A DNA stretch of 64,000 nucleotides. Origin: an uncultured Chloroflexia bacterium (GTDB taxonomy: Bacteria > Chloroflexota > Limnocylindria > Limnocylindrales > CSP1-4). The notes beneath the pieces are model-generated. The model did no database searches and was not told where the DNA came from. It was given only the letters and a program-made list of their open reading frames with translations. The stretch's first letter is position 1. The number at the start of each line of letters is the position of its first letter. The position numbers were made by a program, and so were the translations under genes. The stretch covers positions 64,001 through 128,000 of the forward strand of contig CAVVJT010000010.1 in NCBI GenBank assembly GCA_963748625.1. The letters are read 5' to 3'. Positions 11,774 to 22,026 of this stretch are shown here, in pieces.

Positions 11774-11903
11774 GCCACGAGGCACGAGGCACGGCGGTGC
11801 CACGACGCCACGAGGCACGAGGCACGGCGGTGCCAGGACGCCACGACGCCACGAGGCACGAGGCACGGCGGTGCCACGACGCCACGAGGCACGAGGCACG
11901 GCG
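11774..11903. repeat. 33-bp minisatellite (~3.7 units) built from GCCACGA/GGCACGA submotifs
   Basis: Units at 11774, 11807, 11848 and 11881 (partial), with an 8-bp insert at 11840. Confidence 0.95.
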
Positions 11904-12001
11904 CTGCGAGGGGCGCGGCATGGCCGGCGCCGGGCGGACGGAGTGACGACGATCGTCACGACGACGAAGGCCATGCCATCCCGCCCGCCCTCGTTCCCCC
12001 C

Positions 12002-12922
12002 TCAGCCGGCGGCCGCCACGCCCCCCGCGGCCGCCGCCTGGTCGATGTAGCGACGCACCGGACGCGCATCGATGCCGAGCTCCCGCAGGGCCTCGTCGCG
12101 CACCACGGTCGGGGCAAGGTCGGACGCGAGGGCCATGCCCATGAGCGACGCCGTGACCGGCTTCATGCGGCGCATCGCGGTCCGGCCGATGCGCATCATC
12201 AACCGCGGGACGTGGCTCGTCTTGATGGGCTTCCCGAGGACGCTCTCGAACGCGGCGACGGCCTCGTTGGGTGACAGGGCCTCCGGCCCGCCCATCTCCA
12301 CGACGCGCGGAGGGTCCTCGGCCAGTGCCAGACGGACCATCGCCTCGGCAACGTCATCGATGCCGATGTAGGCATGTGGCGACTCACCCCTGCCGTACAC
12401 GGTGACCTTGCCGTGCGGCCAGTCGAAGCCGACCGCGGGCGACAGCCAGACCTCCTGGAACATGTCCGGCCGCACGATCACCTCGTGCATCGGCGATGCC
12501 TGAAGTCGACGTTCCGTCGCGAGCTTGGCGTCCGTGAACGGCGTCCGGGCAGTGCCGAAGTCGCCCAGCATCGAGGCGAACACGAACCGCTTCACGCCCG
12601 CCTGCTCGCACGCCGCGATCAGGTTCGCGTACCCGCGATCGTCCACGTCCCGGATCGACAGATCACCCTCGCCCGCGAGCACGCGCGAGACCGAGTTGGC
12701 GGTGCTGATGACGGTACCGATGCCGGCGACAGCGCCACGCAGGGATGCCGGATCGCGCAGGTCGCCGACGACATGCTCGATTCCGGTTCCAGTCGGCGCC
12801 GCGGCGGATCGGCCGGGCCGGACGAGAGCGCGAAACGGGACACCGCGAGCCTGGAGGCGGCTCGCGATCGCACCGCCTAGAGCTCCGGTCGCTCCGCACA
12901 GCAGGATCTGCGGTTCAGGCAT
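12002..12922 (-). CDS. NAD(P)H-binding atypical SDR / NmrA-like protein
   Basis: GATGALG Rossmann motif, VVGDLRD, GVKRFVFAS, DDVAE, GGPEALS. Confidence 0.88.
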   Translation of the reverse strand: MPEPQILLCGATGALGGAIASRLQARGVPFRALVRPGRSAAAPTGTGIEHVVGDLRDPASLRGAVAGIGTVISTANSVSRVLAGEGDLSIRDVDDRGYANLIAACEQAGVKRFVFASMLGDFGTARTPFTDAKLATERRLQASPMHEVIVRPDMFQEVWLSPAVGFDWPHGKVTVYGRGESPHAYIGIDDVAEAMVRLALAEDPPRVVEMGGPEALSPNEAVAAFESVLGKPIKTSHVPRLMMRIGRTAMRRMKPVTASLMGMALASDLAPTVVRDEALRELGIDARPVRRYIDQAAAAGGVAAAG

Positions 12923-13259
12923 GGCGCGGGTACCTCCGAGACTCGAGTTCGCGAGCGGGCGGCCCGGCGGGCAGCGCGTCGCGGGCAGGATGGCGGGGAA
13001 CTCTCACGGGTGCCGCCGACAGGATGCGGGCGTACGGGAACGCTGCCCGTCGGCATGCTTCCTCGACGAGGGCCGAGGAGGAGGCGGTGAAGCGGCACAG
13101 GCAGAGGTCGTCCTCGGCGACGACGAGCGTCGCCCGGTGGCGGACCTGGAACCCTTCCGCGCACATGGCCTCGGCCGCGTCACGCGTGCGGGCGACACCT
13201 GCCCGGATGCCGTCGGGCGGCATGCCGGGCAGGTAGCGTTCGACGAGGAAGGTCGGCAC
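12915..13259 (-). CDS. DUF4242 / SCO4226-like small protein
   Basis: FLVERYLP...CLCRFTASSSALVEEACRRAAFPYARI pattern; overlaps the NmrA-like start. Confidence 0.7.
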   Translation of the reverse strand: MPTFLVERYLPGMPPDGIRAGVARTRDAAEAMCAEGFQVRHRATLVVAEDDLCLCRFTASSSALVEEACRRAAFPYARILSAAPVRVPRHPARDALPAGPPARELESRRYPRHA

Positions 13260-13266
13260 GGCCGCG

Positions 13267-13614
13267 TCAGCGTGCGGGCGTCAGGAGGCCCGTGATCTCG
13301 ATGAACCACCCTTGCGGATCCACGTACTCGCAACGCACGAGACGATCAGCCTGCCGGGCCGCGAGCGGCTTCGAGAGGTAGGTCGTGCCCTCGAACGTGA
13401 AGACGAACGGCACGAGCACAGAACCCGACCCAACCACGTGGAACGGGACGATCGCATGCGCGTACTCGCTCGGCGGCAGGACAACCGACAGTGACATCTC
13501 CCCGTTGCACGTGAACGTTCGCGCCGCCCAGCCCCCGCCGTCGGCCGAGACTGCCGGAACCACCATCGCCATGACCGCCATCGCGAGCACCACGGCCCGC
13601 ACAGTCCGCTTCAT
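13267..13614 (-). CDS. Small secreted hypothetical protein
   Basis: Signal peptide MKRTVRAVVLAMAVMAMVVPAVSA; AAGGAGG RBS; two Cys. Confidence 0.8.
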   Translation of the reverse strand: MKRTVRAVVLAMAVMAMVVPAVSADGGGWAARTFTCNGEMSLSVVLPPSEYAHAIVPFHVVGSGSVLVPFVFTFEGTTYLSKPLAARQADRLVRCEYVDPQGWFIEITGLLTPAR

Positions 13615-13765
13615 GGAACCTCCTTGGGCGCCAGCAGTGGGCGCCTGTCAAAGATCGACGGTAGGCCTCGGGCCGAGGTCGAACAACCGGACATCGTTCG
13701 GGGTTTGCCACGCACGCGGTCCGGGTGAGGAGCGTGACGAGGCGCGGATCACGAGCCCGGACCGG

Positions 13766-16591
13766 TCAGTCGGAGGGAACGGACCGGCGGCCGCGCATCT
13801 CGATCACGAGCTCTGTCCGCGAGGTTGCGCCGGTCTTCGCGTAGACCTTCGAGAGGTTCCACGCCACCGTCTTCGGGCTGATGCCCAGGGCGACGGCAAC
13901 CTCCTTGTTCGACCGGCCGGCGGCGACGAGGCTCGCAATCCGCCCTTCCATCTCGGAGAGGTCGGTGCTCGCAGTCCGGCGGCCGCCGATCCGGGCTGCC
14001 TCGGCGACTGCGCGGGCCTGCCAGAGGACAGCCCCAGTCTCGGTGAACGCGTCGCCCGCGCGCGACAGCGTCTCCCGGGCCACCGCCTTCTCGTGCCGCC
14101 GGCGTTGGAGCGAGCCCATGCCGAGAAGGACCCGGCCCAGCTCGAACGGGCGAGGGGACGGCAGACTCGCGTGCACTTCGAGCGCCCGTTCGAACGCAGC
14201 AGCAGCCGAGACGTCGTCTCCAACCGCGACGTGGATCAGGCCGCGGCATCGCGACGCAGCCTGGAGCGCCCAGCCGCGACCCAGGCGGGTGGCGGGCGTC
14301 TCGAGGCGCTCGAGCAGGACGAGGGCCCGTTCGACGTGGCCGGTCTCCACGGCGGCCTCGATCGCATCGGGAAGGAACGTGAAGAGGCTCGGCTCACCGG
14401 GATCACGCGAGGCGAGGACGTCGGCGGCGGGGTCGAGGATGGCGAAGGCGGTGCGGGCATCTCCCTCCGAGAGTGCGAGGAACCCGAGCATCCCTCGGTC
14501 GACGAGACCCAGCCGGTACTGCTGTCCGGTCGCCGCGGCGTATGCGAGCACCTGCTCGGCGACGGCGCGGGCCTCCGCCGCTCTACCGAGGTGCGCGAGC
14601 GCCTGGGCTCGGAGGTGCAGCGCCAGCGGCACGGCGGCCTCGCGCCCGGCCTGCAACGCGACATCGTGGGACTCGTCGGCGAGCGCGAGGGCGAGGGCGA
14701 AGCGGCCAGCCCGCCGCTCGATGAGGCTGGAGTAGGCCAGGAACGCCTGCGTCGTGACCGCTCCGGCCGCCTCGGCCGCCTGGGCGAGGTCGCTCATCGT
14801 GTGCCGCGCATCCTCGATGCGGTCCTCATAGAGCGCGCGCAGCGCCGCGACGAATCGCACGGACCGCGGGTCGCGATAGGACTCGTGCGGCCGCTCCAGC
14901 GCCGTCCCCTCGTGCAGCAGCGCGTCGGCCGCGGGGTCGCCCGTGATGGTGGCCACGTACGCGGCGACGGCGAGGGCACGCAGCAGGACCTCCCTGCTAC
15001 CGACCTCGCGCGCTGCACCTACGGCCGTCTCCGCGTGGGAGCGTGCGCGCCCGAGCTCGAACGCGTCGGCGAATGCAGACGCGAGGTCCGCATTGACGCG
15101 GCTGCGCAGGCCCGAGTCCCGAGTGAGCGTGAGGGCCCGCTCGTACAGGGGCAGCCCCACCGTCACGCCGGAAGCCTGCGCACTGACCTCGGCGAGCGCC
15201 ACGAGCCGCTCCGCCTCGCGCTCGCCGTCGGGCGTTCCCGGGGCCGGTGACCGACCGGGGTCCACGCCGTTCGGTGTCGCGGCCAGGAGAGCAACCGCGC
15301 GCGCCGGATCGCCGGCCTCGAAGTTCGCCCGTGCGGCGCGGAGCCGGCGGGCATGGATATCGATTGTGCGGGTGGGCGGGGTGAGCTCGAGGGCGCGCTC
15401 CGCAAGCTCCGCGGCGACGTCGGGAGCGCCCCGGTCGCGCGCGGCCGCAGCGCCCCGGTCCAAGGCCGCGGCTACCCCGGCGATCGGGCCGGCACTTGCC
15501 GCCGCGAGATGTCGAGCCCGTTCCTCTGGGTCGCGGGCGAGCGCCGCCAACTTCTCGTGCAGCCGGCGACGGTCGGCGGAAGCCGCCATCGAGTAGGCGG
15601 TCTCCGAGAGGAGCGGGTGCGCGAACCGGACCCGCGCCCCGGTGACGACAAGGATCCCGGCGGCGACGACCTCGTCCAGCGCGGCCTGGGCCGCATCCTC
15701 ACCGCCTGCAAGCCCGACCAGGGTGTCCACGTCGGGCTCGGGGAGGGCCGACGCAGCCAGCAGCAGGCCGCGCGCGGCGGTGGACACTGCCTCGAGACGC
15801 CGCCGGGTCGCCGCCACCACGCTGGCTGGCAGCGGGAGGCGGTCTGTCGATCCAGCCGGCTGGTCGCGAAGGGCCCGCCCGATCTCGAGGGCGAAGTACG
15901 GGTTGCCTCCGGTTGCCCTGTGGACCCGCAGGAGCTGCGGGCGCGAGAGCCGAACACCGGCACGCAGGCGCAAGAGCTCGAACACCGCACCCACGGACAG
16001 GGGCCCCACCACGATCTCGCGCACGGGCCAGGCGGCCATGGCGTCCACGAGGGCTGGTGGCGCCTCGCCGGGGTCGACCCGGATCGAGGCGAGGACCACG
16101 ATCGGGACGTCCACGAGCCGCCGGAGCGCGTAGGCGATCGCTGCTGAGGAGGGCCCGTCCAGCCACTGGGCGTCGTCGATCGCAACGACGAGTGGCGCGC
16201 GAACGAGGACGAGGGAACGGAGAAGGGTCACAAGTCCGACGGCGACGGCGCGTGCCTCAGCCGCTTGTCCTCCAGGGTCGGCACGCAGCAGGGCGACATC
16301 GAACGCCCGCCGCTGCGGTCCCGGTAATGACTCCCAGGCGGCATCATCCAGGGTCGCCAGGAGATCGCCAAGCGCCGCGTAGGAGAGTCGCGCCTCCGAG
16401 TGTGCCGGCGAGGCTTCGAGCACCATGCGCCCGCGTGCCCTCGCTCCGTCGATGGCAGCGCGCCACAAGGTGGTCTTGCCGGCGCCGGCAGGTCCGACGA
16501 GGATCACCGCCGTCGCCCACTGGAACTCGTCGTCCAACGCGACATCGAGCTCCGCCAGCTCGCGGTCGCGTCCGATGATGGGCTCGTTCAC
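13766..16591 (-). CDS. LuxR-family regulator with N-terminal AAA/STAND ATPase (MalT/LAL type)
   Basis: IIGRDREL, Walker A GPAGAGKTT, Walker B VAIDDAQWLD, GGNP motif, C-terminal [21 protein letters not shown]. Confidence 0.93.
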   Translation of the reverse strand: MNEPIIGRDRELAELDVALDDEFQWATAVILVGPAGAGKTTLWRAAIDGARARGRMVLEASPAHSEARLSYAALGDLLATLDDAAWESLPGPQRRAFDVALLRADPGGQAAEARAVAVGLVTLLRSLVLVRAPLVVAIDDAQWLDGPSSAAIAYALRRLVDVPIVVLASIRVDPGEAPPALVDAMAAWPVREIVVGPLSVGAVFELLRLRAGVRLSRPQLLRVHRATGGNPYFALEIGRALRDQPAGSTDRLPLPASVVAATRRRLEAVSTAARGLLLAASALPEPDVDTLVGLAGGEDAAQAALDEVVAAGILVVTGARVRFAHPLLSETAYSMAASADRRRLHEKLAALARDPEERARHLAAASAGPIAGVAAALDRGAAAARDRGAPDVAAELAERALELTPPTRTIDIHARRLRAARANFEAGDPARAVALLAATPNGVDPGRSPAPGTPDGEREAERLVALAEVSAQASGVTVGLPLYERALTLTRDSGLRSRVNADLASAFADAFELGRARSHAETAVGAAREVGSREVLLRALAVAAYVATITGDPAADALLHEGTALERPHESYRDPRSVRFVAALRALYEDRIEDARHTMSDLAQAAEAAGAVTTQAFLAYSSLIERRAGRFALALALADESHDVALQAGREAAVPLALHLRAQALAHLGRAAEARAVAEQVLAYAAATGQQYRLGLVDRGMLGFLALSEGDARTAFAILDPAADVLASRDPGEPSLFTFLPDAIEAAVETGHVERALVLLERLETPATRLGRGWALQAASRCRGLIHVAVGDDVSAAAAFERALEVHASLPSPRPFELGRVLLGMGSLQRRRHEKAVARETLSRAGDAFTETGAVLWQARAVAEAARIGGRRTASTDLSEMEGRIASLVAAGRSNKEVAVALGISPKTVAWNLSKVYAKTGATSRTELVIEMRGRRSVPSD

Positions 16592-16731
16592 ACGTCCTCC
16601 CCACCGGGGCCGGGACGCACGGCGCTGGCCCGATCCTACGCCCGGCGGGTCTGCTGCTGCTCGCCTGAACGTCCACTTCCGCCACGAGCGCTGCGCCCGC
16701 TACGCCACAGGCAAGGGTGGTCAGACCGGGC

Positions 16732-17154
16732 TCACCCCGACGGGGCGTGGTCGGACTCGTCCGCGTCGGCCTCGGCCTTGGTCAGGTGGACGGTGGTGGG
16801 GGCGTGCTGGGGCGGCGCGTACACGGTGTAGAGCCGCAGGTCCCCGGACCCGGTGTTGACGATGTTGTGCTCCGTGCCGGCCGTCACGTGCACGAGGCGG
16901 CCGACGGTGACCGGGCTCTGGGCGCCGTCGAGGAGCGCCATGCCCTCACCGGCCACGAACACGAGCACCTGGTCGACGCTGTCGTGCGTCTCGAGCCCGA
17001 TCTCGCCGCCGGTGGGAATGCACATCACGACCACCTGGGCGTTCGGGCCGGTGGAGATGACGCGCCGGAATGCGGTGTTGACGGTGGCCGCCTCGACGAT
17101 GTCGACGTTCACGGACCCGCGGACGTCTGACGTGATTGCCTCGGTCGATGTCAT
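16732..17154 (-). CDS. Cupin domain protein
   Basis: GGEIGLETHDSVDQ...AGTEHNIVNTG...LYTVYAPPQH. Confidence 0.9.
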   Translation of the reverse strand: MTSTEAITSDVRGSVNVDIVEAATVNTAFRRVISTGPNAQVVVMCIPTGGEIGLETHDSVDQVLVFVAGEGMALLDGAQSPVTVGRLVHVTAGTEHNIVNTGSGDLRLYTVYAPPQHAPTTVHLTKAEADADESDHAPSG

Positions 17155-17302
17155 GGTGAGCTGCCCTCGAGCTGGTCATGCCGGCCGAACCCGACGGGCG
17201 CAGGGCAGCACGATCCACCCACACGATGCGACGGCGCCCAGCGCGCGTCATGAAGGTGCGTCATCTGTAATCTCACGCCGTCGGCGTCGTACGATGGGAC
17301 CG

Positions 17303-19378
17303 ATGACCCGACTGCCCTACCCCGACGCGCCCACGTCAGACCAGGTCGACGACTACCACGGCACCCCGATCGCGGACCCCTACCGGCCACTTGAGGACGC
17401 CGATGCGCCCGCAACGCGGGCATGGATCGCCGCCGAGAATGCGCTCACGGAGCAGGTGCTGGCGGGCAACCCGGAGCGCCCTGGCATCCGCGAGCAGCTC
17501 GCCCGGGTCTGGGACCACCCGCGGGCCGGCGTCCCGTGGCGTCGCGGCGACCGCTGGTTCCAGCTGCGCAACACCGGCCTCCAGGACCAGGACGTCCTCT
17601 GGACCTCCGACGGGCCGGACGCCGGCGACGGCGGCACCGGCGGCACCGGGAGCCGCGTCCTCCTCGACCCCAACACCCTGGGCAGGGATGGCACCACCAC
17701 CCTCGCCGAGGCCGACGTGTCCGACAGCGGCGAGCTGGTCGCGATTGCCACGAGCGATGCCGGCTCGGACTGGCGCACGTGGACCGTCCGCCACACCGCC
17801 ACCGGCGAGGCGCTCCCCGACCGGCTGGTGTGGAGCAAGTTCTCGACCGTCGCGTGGACCGCCGACGATGCCGGCTTCTTCTACGGTGTCTACCCGGCCC
17901 CGGTGGCCGACGACGCGCTCGAGGCGCCCAATCGGGACATGGAGCTGCGGTACCACCGGCTCGGCACGGACCAGGCGGACGACCCGCTCGTCTTCGCCAC
18001 GCCCCATGAGCCGGAGTGGGGCTTCCAGCCGGAAGTCACCGACGATGGCCGGACCGTGGTGATCACGGTCTGGCGGGGCACGGATCCAGAGAGCCGGATC
18101 TACGTCGCCGGGCTGCACGCGGGCGTGGACGCCTTGCAGGTCCGACCGCTGCTCGACACCGCCGATGCCCGCTACGACCACATTGCCACCGTGGACGGCG
18201 TGCTGTACCTCGCCACCGACAAGGACGCCCCGCTCGGGCGCGTGATCGCGGTCCCGGCCGACGATGCCGGCGCCATCCGCGAGGTCGTCCCCCAGGGAGC
18301 CGACGCGCTCGAGATGGTGGTGCTGGTGGGCAACCGGCTCGCCTGCGTCTACCTGCACCATGCCCACCACCGGATCGCGCTCCACGAGCTCGACGGCACC
18401 TTCGTCGCCGACGTCGCGCTGCCCGGCATCGGCATGGTGACGGGCCTCGTCGGGCGCCGCGAGGACGAGGACCTCTACCTCTCGTTCACGACCTTCCTGG
18501 CGCCGGCCTCGGTGCTCGCCGTGCGCATGGCCGACGCGACCCTGCGCGAGGTCAGCCGGCCGCCCCTCGCCTGGGACCCGGACTCGTTCACGACGGAGCA
18601 GGTCTTCGTCACCTCTGATGACGGCACCCGTGTCCCGCTGTTCCTCAGCCGCCGCCGTGACGTCGCGCCCACCGGCGACGTGCGGACGCTGCTCTACGGC
18701 TACGGCGGCTTCCAGGTCCCGATCGGTCCCACGTTCAAGCCTGAATGGCTGACCTGGATGGAGCGTGGCGGGCTGCTGGCCGTCGCCTCGCTCCGCGGGG
18801 GCGCCGAGTACGGCAAGCCCTGGCACGATGCGGGACGCCTCGCGCACAAGCAGAACGTGTTCAACGACTTCGCCGCCTGCGCCCGCTGGCTGGCGGCATC
18901 GGGCTGGACCCACGCCGGCCGCATCGGTATCAGCGGACGCTCCAACGGCGGCCTGCTCGTCGGCGCCACGCTCACCCGGCACCCGGAGCTCGTCGGCGCC
19001 GCCCTCGCCGAGGTGGGCGTCATGGACATGCTGCGCTTCCACAAGTTCACGATCGGCTGGGGCTGGACATCGGACTATGGCTGCGCCGACGAGCCCGACC
19101 AGTTCCCCTGGCTCATCGCCTACTCCCCGCTCCACAACATCCGGCCCGGCACCGCGTACCCGGCCACCCTCGTGACAACCGGCGACCACGACGATCGCGT
19201 CGTGCCGGGGCACAGCTTCAAGTTCGCGGCGGCCCTCCAGGCGGCGCAGGCAGGCGACGGCCCAGTGCTGATCCGGATCGACACGGATGCGGGTCACGGG
19301 GCCGGCAAGCCCGTCGGCAAGCAGCTCGACGAGCGCTCGGACGTGCTGGCATTCCTCGAGATGTCACTTCCCGGCTGA
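17303..19378 (+). CDS. Prolyl oligopeptidase (S9A)
   Basis: DPYRPLED, LLYGYGGF, LRGGAEYG, GRSNGG catalytic Ser, DHDDRV, AGHGAGKP. Confidence 0.97.
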   Translation: MTRLPYPDAPTSDQVDDYHGTPIADPYRPLEDADAPATRAWIAAENALTEQVLAGNPERPGIREQLARVWDHPRAGVPWRRGDRWFQLRNTGLQDQDVLWTSDGPDAGDGGTGGTGSRVLLDPNTLGRDGTTTLAEADVSDSGELVAIATSDAGSDWRTWTVRHTATGEALPDRLVWSKFSTVAWTADDAGFFYGVYPAPVADDALEAPNRDMELRYHRLGTDQADDPLVFATPHEPEWGFQPEVTDDGRTVVITVWRGTDPESRIYVAGLHAGVDALQVRPLLDTADARYDHIATVDGVLYLATDKDAPLGRVIAVPADDAGAIREVVPQGADALEMVVLVGNRLACVYLHHAHHRIALHELDGTFVADVALPGIGMVTGLVGRREDEDLYLSFTTFLAPASVLAVRMADATLREVSRPPLAWDPDSFTTEQVFVTSDDGTRVPLFLSRRRDVAPTGDVRTLLYGYGGFQVPIGPTFKPEWLTWMERGGLLAVASLRGGAEYGKPWHDAGRLAHKQNVFNDFAACARWLAASGWTHAGRIGISGRSNGGLLVGATLTRHPELVGAALAEVGVMDMLRFHKFTIGWGWTSDYGCADEPDQFPWLIAYSPLHNIRPGTAYPATLVTTGDHDDRVVPGHSFKFAAALQAAQAGDGPVLIRIDTDAGHGAGKPVGKQLDERSDVLAFLEMSLPG

Positions 19379-19439
19379 CACCCTGCCGGTCGCGGACCGC
19401 ACCTGTGCGCCCTCGCCGCCGGTGCGATCATGCGAGACG

Positions 19440-20828
19440 ATGGAACAACACCGGGTACTGATCATCGGCGGCGGCTTCGGCGGGCTCAATGCCGCCCGGG
19501 AGCTGGGCAAGGATCCGCGCTTCGCCGTGACCCTTGTGGACCGGCGCAACTTCCACACGTTCCAGCCGCTGCTGTACCAGGTCGCCACCGGCGCCATCTC
19601 GCCCGGGGACATCGCGCAGCCGCTGCGGTCGATCCTGCGCAAGCGCCGCAACGTGACCGTGCTGCTGGGCGAGGCCACCGGGATCGACATCGAGCGGCGC
19701 GAGGTCGTCCTGGGCGACGGTGGTCCGTTGCCGTATGACACGCTCATCGTCGCCACGGGCGCCCGCCACTCCTACTTCGGCCGGGAGGACTGGGCGGCGA
19801 ACGCACCGGGCCTCAAGTCGATCGACGACGCGCTCGAGATCCGGCGTCGCATCCTGATCGCCTTCGAGGCGGCCGAGCGCGAGCAGAACCCCGTCCGGCG
19901 CGGCGAGTGGATGACGTTCGTGATCATCGGCGGCGGTCCCACCGGCGTGGAGCTGGCGGGCTCGCTGGGTGAGATCGCGAAGGACACCCTCAAGCGTGAC
20001 TTCCGCTCGATCCACTCGCCCGATGCGCGCATCGTGCTTGTCGAGGCGCTGGACCGGATCCTGCCGCCCTACCCGGCCGACCGGTCGGCATCGGCCAAAC
20101 AGCAGCTCGAGAAGCTGGGGGTCGAGGTCCGCACAAAGACCCGCGTGATCGCGATGGACGAGCACACCGTCACCGTCCAGACAGAGACCGGCGAGGAGGT
20201 CATCCGTGCGCGGACCCGCCTCTGGGCGGCTGGCGTGCAGGCCTCCACGTTCGTGAAGACCGTTGCCTCCGCCACCGGCGCCGAGACGGACCGGGCCGGG
20301 CGGATCATCGTCAACCCGGACCTGACGGTTCCGGGGCACCCGGAGATCCTCGCGCTCGGCGACGCGGCCGTGCAGCCGTGGAAGGACGGTGCCTTCGTCC
20401 CTGGCGTGGCCCAAGGCGCCATCCAGGCCGGCAAGCACGCTGGGAGGATGATCCGCGGCCGCCTCGACGGCAAGCCGTCCACGCCGTATCGCTACCTCGA
20501 CAAGGGCGACGTGGCGGTGATCGGGCGCCTTCGCGGCGTGACCAACATCCGCTGGATGGGCAGGCTGGGCCGCCAGGGCGGCGTCGTCGCGTGGGCGATG
20601 TGGCTGGTGATCCACATCTTCTACCTGATCGGTTTCGCGAACCGGATCGTGGTCCTGGTCCGCTGGGCCTGGTCGTTCTTCACCAGCGGCCGCGGCACCC
20701 GCCTGATCACCGGCTCGCCGCTGCTGCCCCCGATCGAGGACCCCGCGCCGCCCGCCTGGTCGGCCAGGCCGAATGTGCCCCCCGGCGCAACGGTCAAGGC
20801 GCCTGCCGTGGACCCGGACCACCGGTAG
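19440..20828 (+). CDS. ndh: Type II NADH:quinone oxidoreductase
   Basis: GGGFGG, FQPLLYQVATG, GGGPTGVELAG, WAAGV, PGVAQGAIQ, YLDKG. Confidence 0.92.
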   Translation: MEQHRVLIIGGGFGGLNAARELGKDPRFAVTLVDRRNFHTFQPLLYQVATGAISPGDIAQPLRSILRKRRNVTVLLGEATGIDIERREVVLGDGGPLPYDTLIVATGARHSYFGREDWAANAPGLKSIDDALEIRRRILIAFEAAEREQNPVRRGEWMTFVIIGGGPTGVELAGSLGEIAKDTLKRDFRSIHSPDARIVLVEALDRILPPYPADRSASAKQQLEKLGVEVRTKTRVIAMDEHTVTVQTETGEEVIRARTRLWAAGVQASTFVKTVASATGAETDRAGRIIVNPDLTVPGHPEILALGDAAVQPWKDGAFVPGVAQGAIQAGKHAGRMIRGRLDGKPSTPYRYLDKGDVAVIGRLRGVTNIRWMGRLGRQGGVVAWAMWLVIHIFYLIGFANRIVVLVRWAWSFFTSGRGTRLITGSPLLPPIEDPAPPAWSARPNVPPGATVKAPAVDPDHR

Positions 20829-20904
20829 CCGCACGGGAGTGGCGAGCGTCGGGCGGGCGACGCCGGACCGGCGCGGATTCGGCAGGCGGGCTACGCTCGC
20901 ACCG

Positions 20905-21283
20905 ATGGACGACATCGACGACGCGACCTTCGAGGACTGGGTCTTCGAGGCGATCGACATGCTGCCCGAGCAGTTCCGGAGCCGCCTCGGATCGGTCGCG
21001 ATCGTCATCGAGGAGCGGCCCAGCCAGGCGGAGCTCGAGCGCCTCGGGGTCCACGGGCTGTACGGCCTGTACCAGGGCGTCCCCCGCTCCATGCTCGGCG
21101 CGGACCACAGCCTGACCCCCTCGAAGATCACGATCTACCGGCAGGCGTGCATGGCCTACGGGCGGACGCCCGAGGGAACCCGCGACTCGCGTGATCGACA
21201 CCGTCCACCACGAGATCGCCCACCACTTCGGCATCAGCGACGCCCGCTTGCGCGAGCTGGCCGCCGAAGGCCACGGGCACTGA
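20905..21283 (+). CDS. Zincin-like metallopeptidase family protein (DUF1025 type), one frameshift at ~21175
   Basis: LYGLYQGVP...KITIYR in the first frame, then VIDTVHHEIAHHFGISD in the +1 frame; an extra G in GAGGGAA. Confidence 0.85.
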
Positions 21284-21303
21284 GCGCCGGGCGCGCGGCA
21301 AGG

Positions 21304-22017
21304 ATGGACGCACGGATCCTGCTGGTGGAGGACGATCCGTCCATCCGCGAGGTGACCGCGCTGGGCCTGCAGGCCGCCGGGTTCACGGTGGCCACCGCAG
21401 CCGACGGGATGGCGGCGCTCGAGGCGTGGCGCGCCGCGCCGCCGGACCTCGTCCTGCTCGACGTCATGCTCCCCCGCCTCGACGGCCTGGAGGTGTGCCG
21501 GGCGATCCGCCGTGACTCCACCGTCCCGATCGTGATGCTCACCGCGCGCGCCGACACGATCGACGTGGTCGTGGGTCTCGAGTCGGGCGCCGACGACTAC
21601 CTGCGCAAGCCGTTCGAGATGCCCGAGCTGGTGGCCCGGATCCGGGCCGCGCTGCGGCGGCACGACCCCGAGGTGGTGGCAGCGCGCGGCGGGCCGGGCC
21701 ACCCGATGGCGGGCGTCCTGCGCCTCGGGCCGCTCACGATCGACGAGGCCGGGCGCACCGTCGAACGCGACGGGGCTGACATCCCGCTCACGAGGACCGA
21801 GTTCGACCTGCTCGTCGAGCTCGCCCGCCACGCCGGCCAGGTGTTGGACCGCGACCAGCTCCTGGACAGGGTGTGGGGCTATGACTACCTGGGCGACTCC
21901 CGCCTCGTAGACGTCGCCATCGGGCGGCTCCGGGCCCGCGTCGAGGTCGATCCGGCCGAACCGAAGTGGATCCTCACCGTCCGCGGCGCCGGCTACAAGG
22001 CCGCGCGGCCGGGCTGA
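21304..22017 (+). CDS. OmpR/PhoB-family response regulator (MtrA/CseB-like)
   Basis: LLVEDD, LLDVMLP, GADDYLRKPF, winged helix LTRTEFDLL...VWGYDYLGDSRLVDV...TVRGAGYK. Confidence 0.96.
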   Translation: MDARILLVEDDPSIREVTALGLQAAGFTVATAADGMAALEAWRAAPPDLVLLDVMLPRLDGLEVCRAIRRDSTVPIVMLTARADTIDVVVGLESGADDYLRKPFEMPELVARIRAALRRHDPEVVAARGGPGHPMAGVLRLGPLTIDEAGRTVERDGADIPLTRTEFDLLVELARHAGQVLDRDQLLDRVWGYDYLGDSRLVDVAIGRLRARVEVDPAEPKWILTVRGAGYKAARPG

Positions 22018-22026
22018 CGGGCGCCC

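Noticed and set aside
11774-11903. Possible CRISPR array (33-bp repeats); likewise 415-492 and 24841-24923
   Set aside because: Units are head-to-tail with no unique spacers, and there are no cas genes in the window.
11639-11974. Val/Ile-rich leader peptide MAFVVVTIVVT as an attenuator
   Set aside because: The downstream gene is dnaE, there is no short stop or terminator pair, and the ORF runs into the minisatellite.
20773-22017. Apparent zincin-response regulator fusion
   Set aside because: Produced by a one-base insertion at ~21175; the zincin HEIAHH end and stop are in the +1 frame.
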